64,000 bases of DNA, taken from IMG/VR virus record IMGVR_UViG_3300025767_000006. One strand, given 5' to 3'. The notes beneath the pieces were generated by a model. That model was not told the origin of the DNA. It saw only the letters and a program-made list of their open reading frames with translations, and did no database searches. This document shows positions 43,644 to 53,069 of the stretch, one piece after another; position 1 is the stretch's first letter, and each line of letters begins with the position of its first letter. A program made the translations under genes and the position numbers. This stretch comes from an uncultured virus (IMG/VR IMGVR_UViG_3300025767_000006). Its lineage: Duplodnaviria; Heunggongvirae; Uroviricota; Caudoviricetes.

Positions 43644-44348
43644 CTATGATAAAAAATTTGCTACTCCCTCAACATGAATATTATTTTCTTGACTGCATGA
43701 GCTACAGTTGAATTTAACATCATGTTCTAGTTTTGGAATACTATCAATAAAAGTTTTAATATGCTCGAATTGTTCGGTGCTCATTGATTCTAAAAAGTTT
43801 TGTAATTCTTCTTCACTTGTATCTTTTACATCAATACGTTCTTCTTCGGTATTAATAGATTTAATGCAGGCTCTTACTAAAGCAAAAGCTGCGTCAGCAC
43901 TACCATCAGTTAAATCTGTTTCTAATATTTTACTAAATGCCGGATAGTCTACTGAAATTGTAATATCATCTGTTAAGGTAATTACCTTATTCACTTCTGG
44001 CATTTCAATTTTAATCTCATCTAAATTGATATATACATCATTACGCTCTTCACAATTTGAGCATGGTAAAATAATTTTAGATGATTCACCAACAGATTTA
44101 GATCTTAATTGTAAAAACATATATTCAACATCAAATGTCGTAAGTTTATTTGCATCAAAGTCATCATCAACGCATGACTTAATAGTATCAACCAATGCTT
44201 TAAAAACGATTTTATTATCACCGCTCTCAGCCGCAATCATTAGGTTCTTTTCTTCCTTTACAAGGAAAGGTCTATAACGCACGCTTTTACCGATTGATGG
44301 AATTACCATCTCATATTTTGGTGCATTATTTAGTTTTGGTAAAGCCAT
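43644..44348 (-). CDS. 26: Baseplate hub assembly protein (gp26-like)
   Basis: MALPKL, YRPFLVKEEK, FD.EY.FL.LR.KSVGE, two CxxC pairs. Confidence 0.88.
   Translation of the reverse strand: MALPKLNNAPKYEMVIPSIGKSVRYRPFLVKEEKNLMIAAESGDNKIVFKALVDTIKSCVDDDFDANKLTTFDVEYMFLQLRSKSVGESSKIILPCSNCEERNDVYINLDEIKIEMPEVNKVITLTDDITISVDYPAFSKILETDLTDGSADAAFALVRACIKSINTEEERIDVKDTSEEELQNFLESMSTEQFEHIKTFIDSIPKLEHDVKFNCSSCSQENNIHVEGVANFLS
43650..43659 (-). other. Predicted -1 ribosomal frameshift slippery site
   Basis: Minus strand GCA AAT TTT TTA TCA TAG: in-phase A_AAT_TTT and T_TTT_TTA heptamers; -1 frame continues into gp51-like ORF. Confidence 0.65.
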
Positions 44349-44363
44349 TTAGTATATACTCCA

Positions 44364-44975
44364 TTAAAAATTAAAAGAAACTGAAAGTTGACCCGCGGGT
44401 ATTTTTTTCCAGTTAGTATAAGATAGTTGTACAGAAGTCTCTACAAATCCATCTTGTTCATTATTAAACTCAATTGAATTAATAGTTGTTGGGAATGCAT
44501 TCGTCAATTCAACAGAATACATTGATAGTCCTAGATTTAAAAATGGTACTCGTTGTGTAGGTAACGGAATTGGCGAACCCAATTGATGGATAATAATTCT
44601 TTTCTGATATTCACTTTTATATCCAGCAGTTTGTCCATCTTCATCTAAAATAAGTTCACGCCATTTATCAAAATAGTTTCGAATAGGATATACAGCAGTT
44701 TCCATAAATGTTAAAGTAACATCATCAACTGCGTATCCATATGCAATCTTTTCGAGTTCCATACCAACACGACGTTCATGCGTAAGAATTTGTTTTCCAG
44801 GCAATGAAGCTGTGCGACATAGAATATTTTGGTTCCTTGATCCTAAGGCTCCACCAATTGCTCCTAAAATCCCGCGGCCCTGTTCAAGTTGTGGAAGTTG
44901 GACCATAAAATTATTAGGTCTAGCTAAACCACCGCCGAATGTTATTGAAGCTTTTAGTTCTGAAATTGTACTCAT
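44364..44975 (-). CDS. 54: Baseplate-tail tube initiator (gp54/tube-like)
   Basis: GLAR.N.F.V, C....LPG, LTF, YF..W, AFP, V...Y..W. Confidence 0.75.
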   Translation of the reverse strand: MSTISELKASITFGGGLARPNNFMVQLPQLEQGRGILGAIGGALGSRNQNILCRTASLPGKQILTHERRVGMELEKIAYGYAVDDVTLTFMETAVYPIRNYFDKWRELILDEDGQTAGYKSEYQKRIIIHQLGSPIPLPTQRVPFLNLGLSMYSVELTNAFPTTINSIEFNNEQDGFVETSVQLSYTNWKKIPAGQLSVSFNF

Positions 44976-45538
44976 TTCATTTTCTTCCTAGAATCTCTAT
45001 ATACTGTTGATGATCCAGCTTTATTCCAATCTGCCATCGGTAAGAATGTAGCAATTTCCCATTCTGGTTTTTCTACTTCAGCAAATCTACTTTTAACATG
45101 TGAAAACAAATATCTTTTCATAGCTGGAGCAACGAATCTTTGTGGCACCTTTCCACCAGAACCAAGTACAGCATCTAACACCTTCGCTCGTGCAGCTGGT
45201 GGAAGATAGTGTAGGTTAATACCATAGAATCCACCAGGAGCAGGACCCATCATTATAATCAAAGGAAACCCATCGTAATATGGTAATGTTTTCTTTCCCT
45301 TTGGATCATAGAAGAACATATACATTCTTCCAACTGGACCACTTATATTTGTTTTTGGTGTTCTAACTGGTTTTAATAATTCATCCTCAAATACTTTGTT
45401 TCTGTTTTTCATGACTCTTCCACGAAACATTTGTCTCGCTTTGTCTTGAAACCAGCGTATAGATTCTTTAGTCCGTGGGGTAATACCCGCACGAAATGCT
45501 TCGAATTCTAATTCTTTAAATAAACTTTCTTGTGCCAT
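44972..45538 (-). CDS. 2: DNA end protector protein gp2
   Basis: G.MY.F.YDPK....LPYYD.FPL, G.NLHYL, KRYL..HV.S. Confidence 0.92.
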   Translation of the reverse strand: MAQESLFKELEFEAFRAGITPRTKESIRWFQDKARQMFRGRVMKNRNKVFEDELLKPVRTPKTNISGPVGRMYMFFYDPKGKKTLPYYDGFPLIIMMGPAPGGFYGINLHYLPPAARAKVLDAVLGSGGKVPQRFVAPAMKRYLFSHVKSRFAEVEKPEWEIATFLPMADWNKAGSSTVYRDSRKKMK

Positions 45539-45542
45539 AATG

Positions 45543-46262
45543 TTATTTATATGTATTCAGCTGTAATTTATTCCAAGTATCTTCCCAACCTTCTACCGAT
45601 ATTGCCCATCCGAGATCATTGTCCATAATAGCCTTTTTTAATGTATGATCATTGCCACCTGGTTCCATTTTATCTCCAAAGAACCATAATACATCTGAGT
45701 GCTCAAAGTCGTCAATAATTTGTGCTTTATCTTTTCCCACAGGATAGATATCCAATCCTGTTTCACCAGCAACAGTAGCATTTAACTCTGGAAATAATAT
45801 ATTAAATTTTTCAGAGATCCATTGCCGCTCAAGTTTATGTTCATCCCATTCAACATACATTGCTCGTTCTTCGATTGAAGCTTTACGACCAACAATACTA
45901 TAATTTAGCATTCCGGTTCTTTGTTCGAAATGATTTCCAGTTTTTTTATAAAATTTACTTGAAATAAGTTGTAGGTCTAACCAGTTATACGCTGCTTCTG
46001 CTTTTGGCAATGCCCAGTTACTTTCTCGTATGCATACATTTTTTTTAAATACTTGATTACCACTACATTGATAAGCTGTTTCAAAACAGTCATATAAGTC
46101 TTCACCTATTTGTTCTACAGTTTTAGGTTTATCGCTTCCAGTTACCAAATAACATTTATTATTCTTGGCAAAATCCATCAACCATTCTTTAAACGCATTA
46201 TTAATAATTCCTCTACTAGGAGTAAGAGTTCCATCAACATCAAATACGTAACAGTTTCTCAT
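45543..46262 (-). CDS. HAD-IIB phosphomannomutase (eukaryotic-type PMM family)
   Basis: FDVDGTLTPSR, VTGSD, E.R.GMLN.SIVGR, DK, FFGDK..PGGND. Confidence 0.88.
   Translation of the reverse strand: MRNCYVFDVDGTLTPSRGIINNAFKEWLMDFAKNNKCYLVTGSDKPKTVEQIGEDLYDCFETAYQCSGNQVFKKNVCIRESNWALPKAEAAYNWLDLQLISSKFYKKTGNHFEQRTGMLNYSIVGRKASIEERAMYVEWDEHKLERQWISEKFNILFPELNATVAGETGLDIYPVGKDKAQIIDDFEHSDVLWFFGDKMEPGGNDHTLKKAIMDNDLGWAISVEGWEDTWNKLQLNTYK
45544..45551 (-). promoter_or_regulatory. T4-type late promoter for gp2-54-26-51-tape measure
   Basis: TATTTATA on + = TATAAATA on -, just upstream of gp2 ATG. Confidence 0.75.
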
Positions 46263-46756
46263 TTGGGTTTCTTCCTTTTATATGGCTTAAGTGGTTTAAG
46301 TTTACCAGGGATTTTTTTCAAAGGTTTGGTCATAATACCCATTGAGTATAAAGTTTCTTCTGTCCAAATTTGAAATTCCCACTTTCTATCTTTACAAAAC
46401 GAAGCGGCCGCTTCCCATTTATTCATGTTTTTCACATAAGTTAACGCTTCGGTGATATATTTTTTTGTTCGTCTTTCTCCGGTTGGAGGTTTGGTTTCTT
46501 TATTGGGTTTGATTTCGACGAGGATTGTTTGGTTTTCCAAGATGATTTTGAGATCTGGGAAATAGCGGTGATAGCGTTTGTCAGCTTCATAATAATACGG
46601 TATTACAATTTCTTCGGATGACCATTTTTTTACCTTTGGATTCATATCACACCATTTAAAGGTGTCTCGTTCCCAAAGAGATCTATATATCACGTTAGTG
46701 TGATCTCCTTGGTACTTCTTAGGATTTAGTACTTGATAACGTCCAGAATATGCCAT
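46259..46756 (-). CDS. 4: Head completion nuclease gp4
   Basis: Y.G.Y...NP.KY.GD, YRSLWE, WSSEE..IPY, RYFPD, EIKP, KW.AA. Confidence 0.93.
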   Translation of the reverse strand: MAYSGRYQVLNPKKYQGDHTNVIYRSLWERDTFKWCDMNPKVKKWSSEEIVIPYYYEADKRYHRYFPDLKIILENQTILVEIKPNKETKPPTGERRTKKYITEALTYVKNMNKWEAAASFCKDRKWEFQIWTEETLYSMGIMTKPLKKIPGKLKPLKPYKRKKPK

Positions 46757-46764
46757 TTTTATCG

Positions 46765-46772
46765 TATAAATA
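46765..46772 (+). promoter_or_regulatory. T4-type late promoter
   Basis: Exact TATAAATA upstream of gp48. Confidence 0.75.
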
Positions 46773-46809
46773 TTGTTAGATTCTTTTATTTATTACAGGT
46801 TTAAAACAC

Positions 46810-47775
46810 ATGTCTAACAGCGGAGCTAACACCAATAAGCTTGGTAAGAAGTCGTCTGGTATTGCTCCGGGTAACTTCAAGTACCCAATTAACAAAGATA
46901 ATCAATATCAATCGAAGATTAGCTTTCAAGCAATTAAGGTATTACCGCCACAAATTGCGGTAAGATTTTCATCGTCAGAAACAGCATCTGAAGGAAGCGT
47001 TGGAAGAACACCAACACCAACAAGTGGAAAAGTAAATGGATTAAGAATCTACGAAATTTCAGGACAAAAGTGTGATTTGCACTTACCAGTTGCTTATCAG
47101 GTAAATGATGGGTTTGATTATTCAACAGCATCTCTTGGACTAGCTGGCGCTGGTTTAATGGCAGGTGCGAATGCCGGGCAATCAATTGCTGGCAGTGTTT
47201 TTGAATCATTGAAAGAAGGTGCGCAATCTGTATTTGATCTATTTGGATCTGGAGCAGTTTCGAGAGTGGCCGCTGTTCGTGGATCTCAGTCTATGCCAAT
47301 TGGTGAAGGACTTAAGTCTGCAGTAAGTATTACTGCGCGTGCAACTATGAATCCAAATATTCGTACACAGTTTAATGGGCCATCAATTCGCGAATTTAAC
47401 TTTGTATTTAAGTTTATTCCAAAGTCTCCAGAAGAATCTGTTGAAGTAAAAAATATTATTAAGTTTTTTAGATTCCATTCATATCCAGACGAGATTGCTC
47501 CAAATATTGCATATGATTATCCAAACATGTTTAAGATTCGTTTATTATCAGAAGTTGGTGGTACCTTTAAAAATATTGGTACACCAATTAAACTATCTTA
47601 TCTTAAAACAGTTTCAACATCATATAATAGCACATCAACAGTATTACATCGTGATGGTTCCCCAACAGAAATCGATTTAACTCTTACCTTTGCTGAGTAT
47701 AAGCCACTCAATCGTGATGATGTTAGAAATGAAGACAATGACATCTTCTATAATTACGAAGGATATAAGGTATGA
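46810..47775 (+). CDS. 48: Baseplate tail tube cap gp48-like
   Basis: KYP, L.LP, NP....F..P..R.F.F.FKF.PKS..E, I.L.LTF.E. Confidence 0.8.
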   Translation: MSNSGANTNKLGKKSSGIAPGNFKYPINKDNQYQSKISFQAIKVLPPQIAVRFSSSETASEGSVGRTPTPTSGKVNGLRIYEISGQKCDLHLPVAYQVNDGFDYSTASLGLAGAGLMAGANAGQSIAGSVFESLKEGAQSVFDLFGSGAVSRVAAVRGSQSMPIGEGLKSAVSITARATMNPNIRTQFNGPSIREFNFVFKFIPKSPEESVEVKNIIKFFRFHSYPDEIAPNIAYDYPNMFKIRLLSEVGGTFKNIGTPIKLSYLKTVSTSYNSTSTVLHRDGSPTEIDLTLTFAEYKPLNRDDVRNEDNDIFYNYEGYKV

Positions 47776-48497
47776 ATTATTTTAGACATTTTCCTGTAGT
47801 CAATTATAAATTTGGTGATACTAATATAGAAGCAACTATTGAAAATATTGCGATATATGCTGATGTCTTAGACCAAATTGCAAATGCCACTACAGCGTAT
47901 GAAGATTATTATATTCAAAATGGGCAAAGAATGGATCAAGTTACTCTAGATCTATATGATGCTCCAGACTATATGTTTACTATACTTTTATTAAATCCAA
48001 CTTTAAGAGAATGCGGTTGGCCTGTATCAGAAGATACAGCTTATAATGATGCTATTTCAAAATATACACATAAAGTAATTACTGTAAGAAATACTTTAAC
48101 AGATAAAATGGCAGTAGGACAAACAATTTCTGGATTGAATTCTGGTGCTTCTGATGTGATTACTCATAGACGTTTAGATCTTGGTCAGATTTGGGTTGAA
48201 GGCGGATCAGTATCATTTGTTAATGGTGAAACTATTACATCACAAAATGCTCAAAACCAATTTGAGACTGCAACCATTGTTAGTGCGCAGAATCAATACA
48301 ACGCAGTTCATCATTATGAAAATGCAGATAAAGAATGGGTTGATATTGATCCAAGAGTAGGACCTGGCGCGCAGGTGACACCAATTACTTATTTAGATTT
48401 TTATATGAGTAAAAATGAAGAATTAAAAAATATTCGAGTCATAAAAGCATCAATAATTAACGATGTTGTTGAGTCATTTTTTGAGGCTATTAAATAA
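47772..48497 (+). CDS. 53: Baseplate wedge subunit gp53
   Basis: YF..FP.V.Y, Y.I..G.R.D.V...LY, WP, HHYEN, NE..K.I. Confidence 0.85.
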   Translation: MNYFRHFPVVNYKFGDTNIEATIENIAIYADVLDQIANATTAYEDYYIQNGQRMDQVTLDLYDAPDYMFTILLLNPTLRECGWPVSEDTAYNDAISKYTHKVITVRNTLTDKMAVGQTISGLNSGASDVITHRRLDLGQIWVEGGSVSFVNGETITSQNAQNQFETATIVSAQNQYNAVHHYENADKEWVDIDPRVGPGAQVTPITYLDFYMSKNEELKNIRVIKASIINDVVESFFEAIK

Positions 48498-49807
48498 TGG
48501 CAGCGCCACAGAATAAATCTGAATATATTCTAGAATCAGTATTACTTGAATCTGAGAGATTAAGTGAACCAGTTGAACTGAAAGAAGTTGTAACTGACAT
48601 TGACATATTTGAATCTTTAGATAAACCATATTTGACTGGTCAAGTGCTAATTCTTGATAATGAAAGACTATATGAAAATGCAGATTTACTTGGTGCTGAA
48701 AAAATTACAATTAAGATTAAAAGTATAAGAGATAATACTACAACAATAACAAACAATTTTTATATTAGTAAAATTATTAATACTGAAAAAGTAAATAATA
48801 ATATGCAAATTTTAGCTTTACATTTAGTAGAAGATATTGCGTATTACTCAAATTTGATTAATATTAATAAAGTATATCGTGGAAAATGCTCTTCAATTAT
48901 TTCTAAAATTATTGAGCAGTATTTAAATCATGAGCTTGGAGGAACAACAAATGATAAACAAAATTTAAAACTTATTGTTCCAAATTTAAGTCCAATAGAA
49001 GCTATTAAATGGATTACTTCTAGAGCTACTTCTTTAAAAGGTTATCCATTCTATTGTTATTCTACATTTGCACTTAGTAAATTATATTTTAATGATCTTG
49101 GAGGTATGTTATCAACTCCAGTAATTAACCAAGACCTATCGTACAAATATAATACTGTTACACAATCTGCAGATGATCCTGAAGTAAGAAGACGTACTAT
49201 TAAAAGTCATAAATTTAGTACAGAAATGGAAAACCTTACAAAATTAATTGTGAAAGGTCTTATTGGTGCTAAATACGAATATATTGATACAAATAAAGAA
49301 TATATGAAAACACTTCATTTTGATATTAAAAAAGATTTATTTAATGAGTTAATTGATGACGGTATATTAAATTCACAAGCTAACATTCCATTTTCTGAAA
49401 AATATTTACTTAATGAAAAATCATTCAACAAATTAGTTAATAGATCAATAACACAACTACGTAGTAATGGTGCGTTTGAATATTATAAATCATATGGTGA
49501 AGAAGATACTATAGCTGGATACAAATTAGAAATTATTTCTAGAGCAATGGATAATGTTCTTAAGAAAAATCCAATGACAATTGTTGTTCCTGGTGTTGAC
49601 TTTATTGATGGTGATAAACATTCAACAATTGGTAATAATATTAGAGTAGAATTTCAAAATACTAAGCCAGATGTCAAACCTGGTGAGAAAAGAATAGATA
49701 CTAAAAAGTCTGGTGACTATTTAATTTACCAAACACGGCACATGTTTAAAAAAGAAACATATGAAGTTGCTCTTACTTGTGTTAAAATAGGAAATTATAG
49801 AAGATGA
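48497..49807 (+). CDS. Baseplate hub protein (gp27-like)
   Basis: Between gp53 and gp5; IFES...PY.TG, SG.YLI...RH.F. Confidence 0.7.
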   Translation: MAAPQNKSEYILESVLLESERLSEPVELKEVVTDIDIFESLDKPYLTGQVLILDNERLYENADLLGAEKITIKIKSIRDNTTTITNNFYISKIINTEKVNNNMQILALHLVEDIAYYSNLININKVYRGKCSSIISKIIEQYLNHELGGTTNDKQNLKLIVPNLSPIEAIKWITSRATSLKGYPFYCYSTFALSKLYFNDLGGMLSTPVINQDLSYKYNTVTQSADDPEVRRRTIKSHKFSTEMENLTKLIVKGLIGAKYEYIDTNKEYMKTLHFDIKKDLFNELIDDGILNSQANIPFSEKYLLNEKSFNKLVNRSITQLRSNGAFEYYKSYGEEDTIAGYKLEIISRAMDNVLKKNPMTIVVPGVDFIDGDKHSTIGNNIRVEFQNTKPDVKPGEKRIDTKKSGDYLIYQTRHMFKKETYEVALTCVKIGNYRR

Positions 49808-50559
49808 TACCAGAAAGATACAACGATTATTACGGTGATACTACACGTTGGTTTGTTGGTAGAGTTGTTAGCATTGATGATCCAAAACAATTAGGACGCA
49901 TTCAAGTTAGAATCTATGGTATACACTCAACAAACACTCTTGATATTCCTGATGAAGATCTACCATGGGCTCAGGTTGTTGTTCCAATTAATGAAGGTGG
50001 GACAGCCGGAATAGGAAATAATCTTGGTATTCAAGTGTATGCTCAAGCTTTTGGTATTTTTCTTGATGGTAAAAATTCACAATTACCTCTAGTTTTAGGA
50101 TCAATCCCAAAGCCTGAAGAAGAATCTGAAGGTGAGATATCAACCAATCAGTTAGCACGAGGTGTAAATACACTCACAAAAACAGCAGATGTATCAGGTG
50201 CACCAACTGATCCTTATGCTGCAGAATACCCAAACAATGCGGTTCATGCAACTAAGTCTGGCCACATAATTGAAATTGATGATACCGATGGAGCCGAAAG
50301 AATTCATGTTAGACATAAGTCTGGATCGTTCATTGAATTTCATCCAGATGGTGCAATTGTAATTAAAGGTAATGGTGTCTATATTGATGGTGGATCAGCG
50401 TTAAATATAAAAGCAAACGGTACTATACAAGAATATTCAAATGGTACTGTTGAAATTGGTAGCGGTGAAATTACTGTTAGTGGTATTACACATACTAAAC
50501 ATACTCATACTGATAATCCAGGATTGGCGGGAGCAGAAACAACGGGGCCTCATAACTAA
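49804..50559 (+). CDS. 5: Baseplate central spike gp5-like (no lysozyme domain)
   Basis: WF.G.V..DDP..LGR..VR..G.H, LPWA, YP.N....SGH..E.DDT.G.ER; C-terminal HTHT. Confidence 0.88.
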   Translation: MIPERYNDYYGDTTRWFVGRVVSIDDPKQLGRIQVRIYGIHSTNTLDIPDEDLPWAQVVVPINEGGTAGIGNNLGIQVYAQAFGIFLDGKNSQLPLVLGSIPKPEEESEGEISTNQLARGVNTLTKTADVSGAPTDPYAAEYPNNAVHATKSGHIIEIDDTDGAERIHVRHKSGSFIEFHPDGAIVIKGNGVYIDGGSALNIKANGTIQEYSNGTVEIGSGEITVSGITHTKHTHTDNPGLAGAETTGPHN

Positions 50560-50768
50560 TGGCAGATTTACTAGTACAAAACGGACAAATCGTCTATGTG
50601 AATAATAGCGGCAAGGTTGTGTATTCCTTACCAGATTCTGATGGTGTTGCTGGGCAAGCACTAGTGACGGATGGCAATGGTAAGCTTTCATTTGTTACGG
50701 ATCAAACCATATCAATTAAAACAGCAGATGGTGTTATAGTCGCTCAATTGAATGGTAGAACCATATAA
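50559..50768 (+). CDS. Small virion protein with fibre-type repeat
   Basis: LP.SDG.AGQ.L.TDG.G.LSF. Confidence 0.6.
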   Translation: MADLLVQNGQIVYVNNSGKVVYSLPDSDGVAGQALVTDGNGKLSFVTDQTISIKTADGVIVAQLNGRTI

Positions 50769-50771
50769 ATA
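50764..50771 (+). promoter_or_regulatory. T4-type late promoter
   Basis: Exact TATAAATA upstream of gp25. Confidence 0.75.
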
Positions 50772-50789
50772 GGTTAAAAGGAATTACAA

Positions 50790-51230
50790 ATGTCTCGAGT
50801 ATTCGCGCAAGAAGATGGTAACTTAAGCAATAGATCTATTATTACATCTAGATCTAAGCAGTATACTGATATCGATCTAACTTTTGCCGCAAAAACTACT
50901 GGAGATGTTTATAAAAAAACAGATGCTGCGGCAGTTAAACAAGCTATTCGAAATCTATTATTAACTAATTATGGTGAAAAGCCATTTGATCCATATTATG
51001 GTGGAGACTTAAATAGATTTTTATTTCAGAATGACGCAGAATTTGATGAAATAGAAATTCAAGATAGAGTTGCCAATGCAATTGTAATGTATGAACCCAG
51101 AGCAATTTTAAGAGAGGTAATTGCTACAGTTAGATCAGAGCAAAATTCTGTAGATGTAGAAATTAAATTTCAAGTAACTAATACATTAGAAGAAGTTGTT
51201 CTAACCGTATCTCTTACGAGGTTAAGATAA
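50790..51230 (+). CDS. 25: Baseplate wedge subunit gp25
   Basis: Y.DIDL.F, AVKQ...NL..T..GE.PF.P..G, YEPR. Confidence 0.93.
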   Translation: MSRVFAQEDGNLSNRSIITSRSKQYTDIDLTFAAKTTGDVYKKTDAAAVKQAIRNLLLTNYGEKPFDPYYGGDLNRFLFQNDAEFDEIEIQDRVANAIVMYEPRAILREVIATVRSEQNSVDVEIKFQVTNTLEEVVLTVSLTRLR

Positions 51231-53069
51231 ATGTCATTAATTAAATCATCAGAATTAGATTTTGATCAAATCAAATCTAGCTTAAAAAATTACTTAAAGT
51301 CAAAATCAGAGTTTGCTGATTATGATTTTGAAGCTTCTGGTCTATCAAACATTTTAGATGTTTTAGCGTATAATACCCATATCAATGCATTAACTGCTAA
51401 TGTAGGATTGAATGAATCTTTTTTGACATCTGCTCAATTAAGATCATCGGTTGTATCACACGCAGAAACATTAGGATATTACCCAAGATCAAGATCAGGC
51501 TCTCAAGCAGTTGTTAATATTTCTGCTTCAGCCCCAAGTGAAAGCGCTTCGGTTGTTTCACTTCCAGCCTTATTTACCTTTTCAACATCTATCGACGATG
51601 TTAATTATTCGTTTCAAACTACTGAAGCGTTAGCTGCCACAAATGATGGTAGTGGTAATTTCTTATTTAAAAATTCTTCTGGTATTTCAAATATTAATAT
51701 TAAAGAAGGTACACAAAAAACTAAAACATTTATTGTTGGTAATATATCTGATGAACAGGTATTTGTTATTCCAGATAAAACAATAGATACAACAACTATA
51801 CAAGTTAAAATTTATGATACCGTAGGATCATCAACATACACCGAATATTCAAATATCAATGATACTGTAAGAATTAATAATAATTCTACGGTTTATATTG
51901 TTCGCGAAGTGCCAAGTGGATATTACGAAGTAACTTTCTCTGATGGAAATGTTTTAGGCAAATCACCAGAACCTGGAAATAAAGTTGTAATTACATATCT
52001 TTCAACTAGAGGTGAATTGGCTAATGGTGCTAGTATTTTTACGGCTGATGCTGATGTTACAATTGGTCTTAATTCATATGCTCTTACTACAACACTAGTC
52101 TCAAAATCTGCAGGTGGTTCTGATAAAGAAAGCATAACATCAGTTAAAGCAAATGCTCCTATTGTTTTTGCTACTCAACAACGATTGGTAACGGCTGAAG
52201 ATTATAAAGCTTTGATTAGCCAAAGATATTCATCTACTGTTTCAGATGTTATTGCTTGGGGAGGTGCTGATAACGTTCCACCAATTTATGGTCGTGTTTA
52301 TGTCTCATTGAATTTTAAAGATGGTATTAACACAGATACACAAAATACAGTAAAAGATTCTATTCGCACGCAGCTTGGTGATAACCTAGGTATTATGTCT
52401 ATTGACACAGTATTTACAGATCCAGTTTATACATATTTAGAATGTATTACTCGTTTTAATTTTGATCCAGATTTAACTGGTGATACTGTTGAAACAATTC
52501 AATCAAATGTTCAAGCTTCAATCAATCAATATTTTACTGATAATTTAAGTACTTTTGATGCAGTATTCAGAAGATCACAACTATTGTCTGTTGTAGATAA
52601 TATTTCATCAGCTATTTTGAACTCTAGAATGGATATTAAAGTTCAACAAAGGTGGACACCAGATTTAAATATTCTATCTAACTTTGTAATTGCTTTTCCA
52701 GTACAATTAGCATCTCCTGATGATGTTGAATATATAATTCGTAGTACAGTATTTAAAGATGAAACTGGCACGAGTGTATTTTTTAGAAATAAATTAGAAG
52801 AAACTAAATTAGAGTTAATTAATAATATTACGGGTGAAGTTAGAAAAGATAATATTGGAACATATAATCAAAGCACTGGCACAGTATCAATTACTGGGCT
52901 TGAAATTTCTTCTTATAACGGTAGTGCTGAAATTAAAATTTCAGCTAAACCAGCAAATCAATCAACTATTGCACCACTTAGAAATTATATTTTAACAATT
53001 GATACAAATAAATCATCATCTAGTGCTGTTGTAGATTTTCAGAACACGGCGGTTTCACTTAGTCTATGA
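51231..53069 (+). CDS. 6: Baseplate wedge subunit gp6
   Basis: LDFDQIK, DYDFE.S.LS...DVLAYNT, SAQLR.SVVS.A..LGY, Q.R.VTAEDY. Confidence 0.95.
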   Translation: MSLIKSSELDFDQIKSSLKNYLKSKSEFADYDFEASGLSNILDVLAYNTHINALTANVGLNESFLTSAQLRSSVVSHAETLGYYPRSRSGSQAVVNISASAPSESASVVSLPALFTFSTSIDDVNYSFQTTEALAATNDGSGNFLFKNSSGISNINIKEGTQKTKTFIVGNISDEQVFVIPDKTIDTTTIQVKIYDTVGSSTYTEYSNINDTVRINNNSTVYIVREVPSGYYEVTFSDGNVLGKSPEPGNKVVITYLSTRGELANGASIFTADADVTIGLNSYALTTTLVSKSAGGSDKESITSVKANAPIVFATQQRLVTAEDYKALISQRYSSTVSDVIAWGGADNVPPIYGRVYVSLNFKDGINTDTQNTVKDSIRTQLGDNLGIMSIDTVFTDPVYTYLECITRFNFDPDLTGDTVETIQSNVQASINQYFTDNLSTFDAVFRRSQLLSVVDNISSAILNSRMDIKVQQRWTPDLNILSNFVIAFPVQLASPDDVEYIIRSTVFKDETGTSVFFRNKLEETKLELINNITGEVRKDNIGTYNQSTGTVSITGLEISSYNGSAEIKISAKPANQSTIAPLRNYILTIDTNKSSSSAVVDFQNTAVSLSL

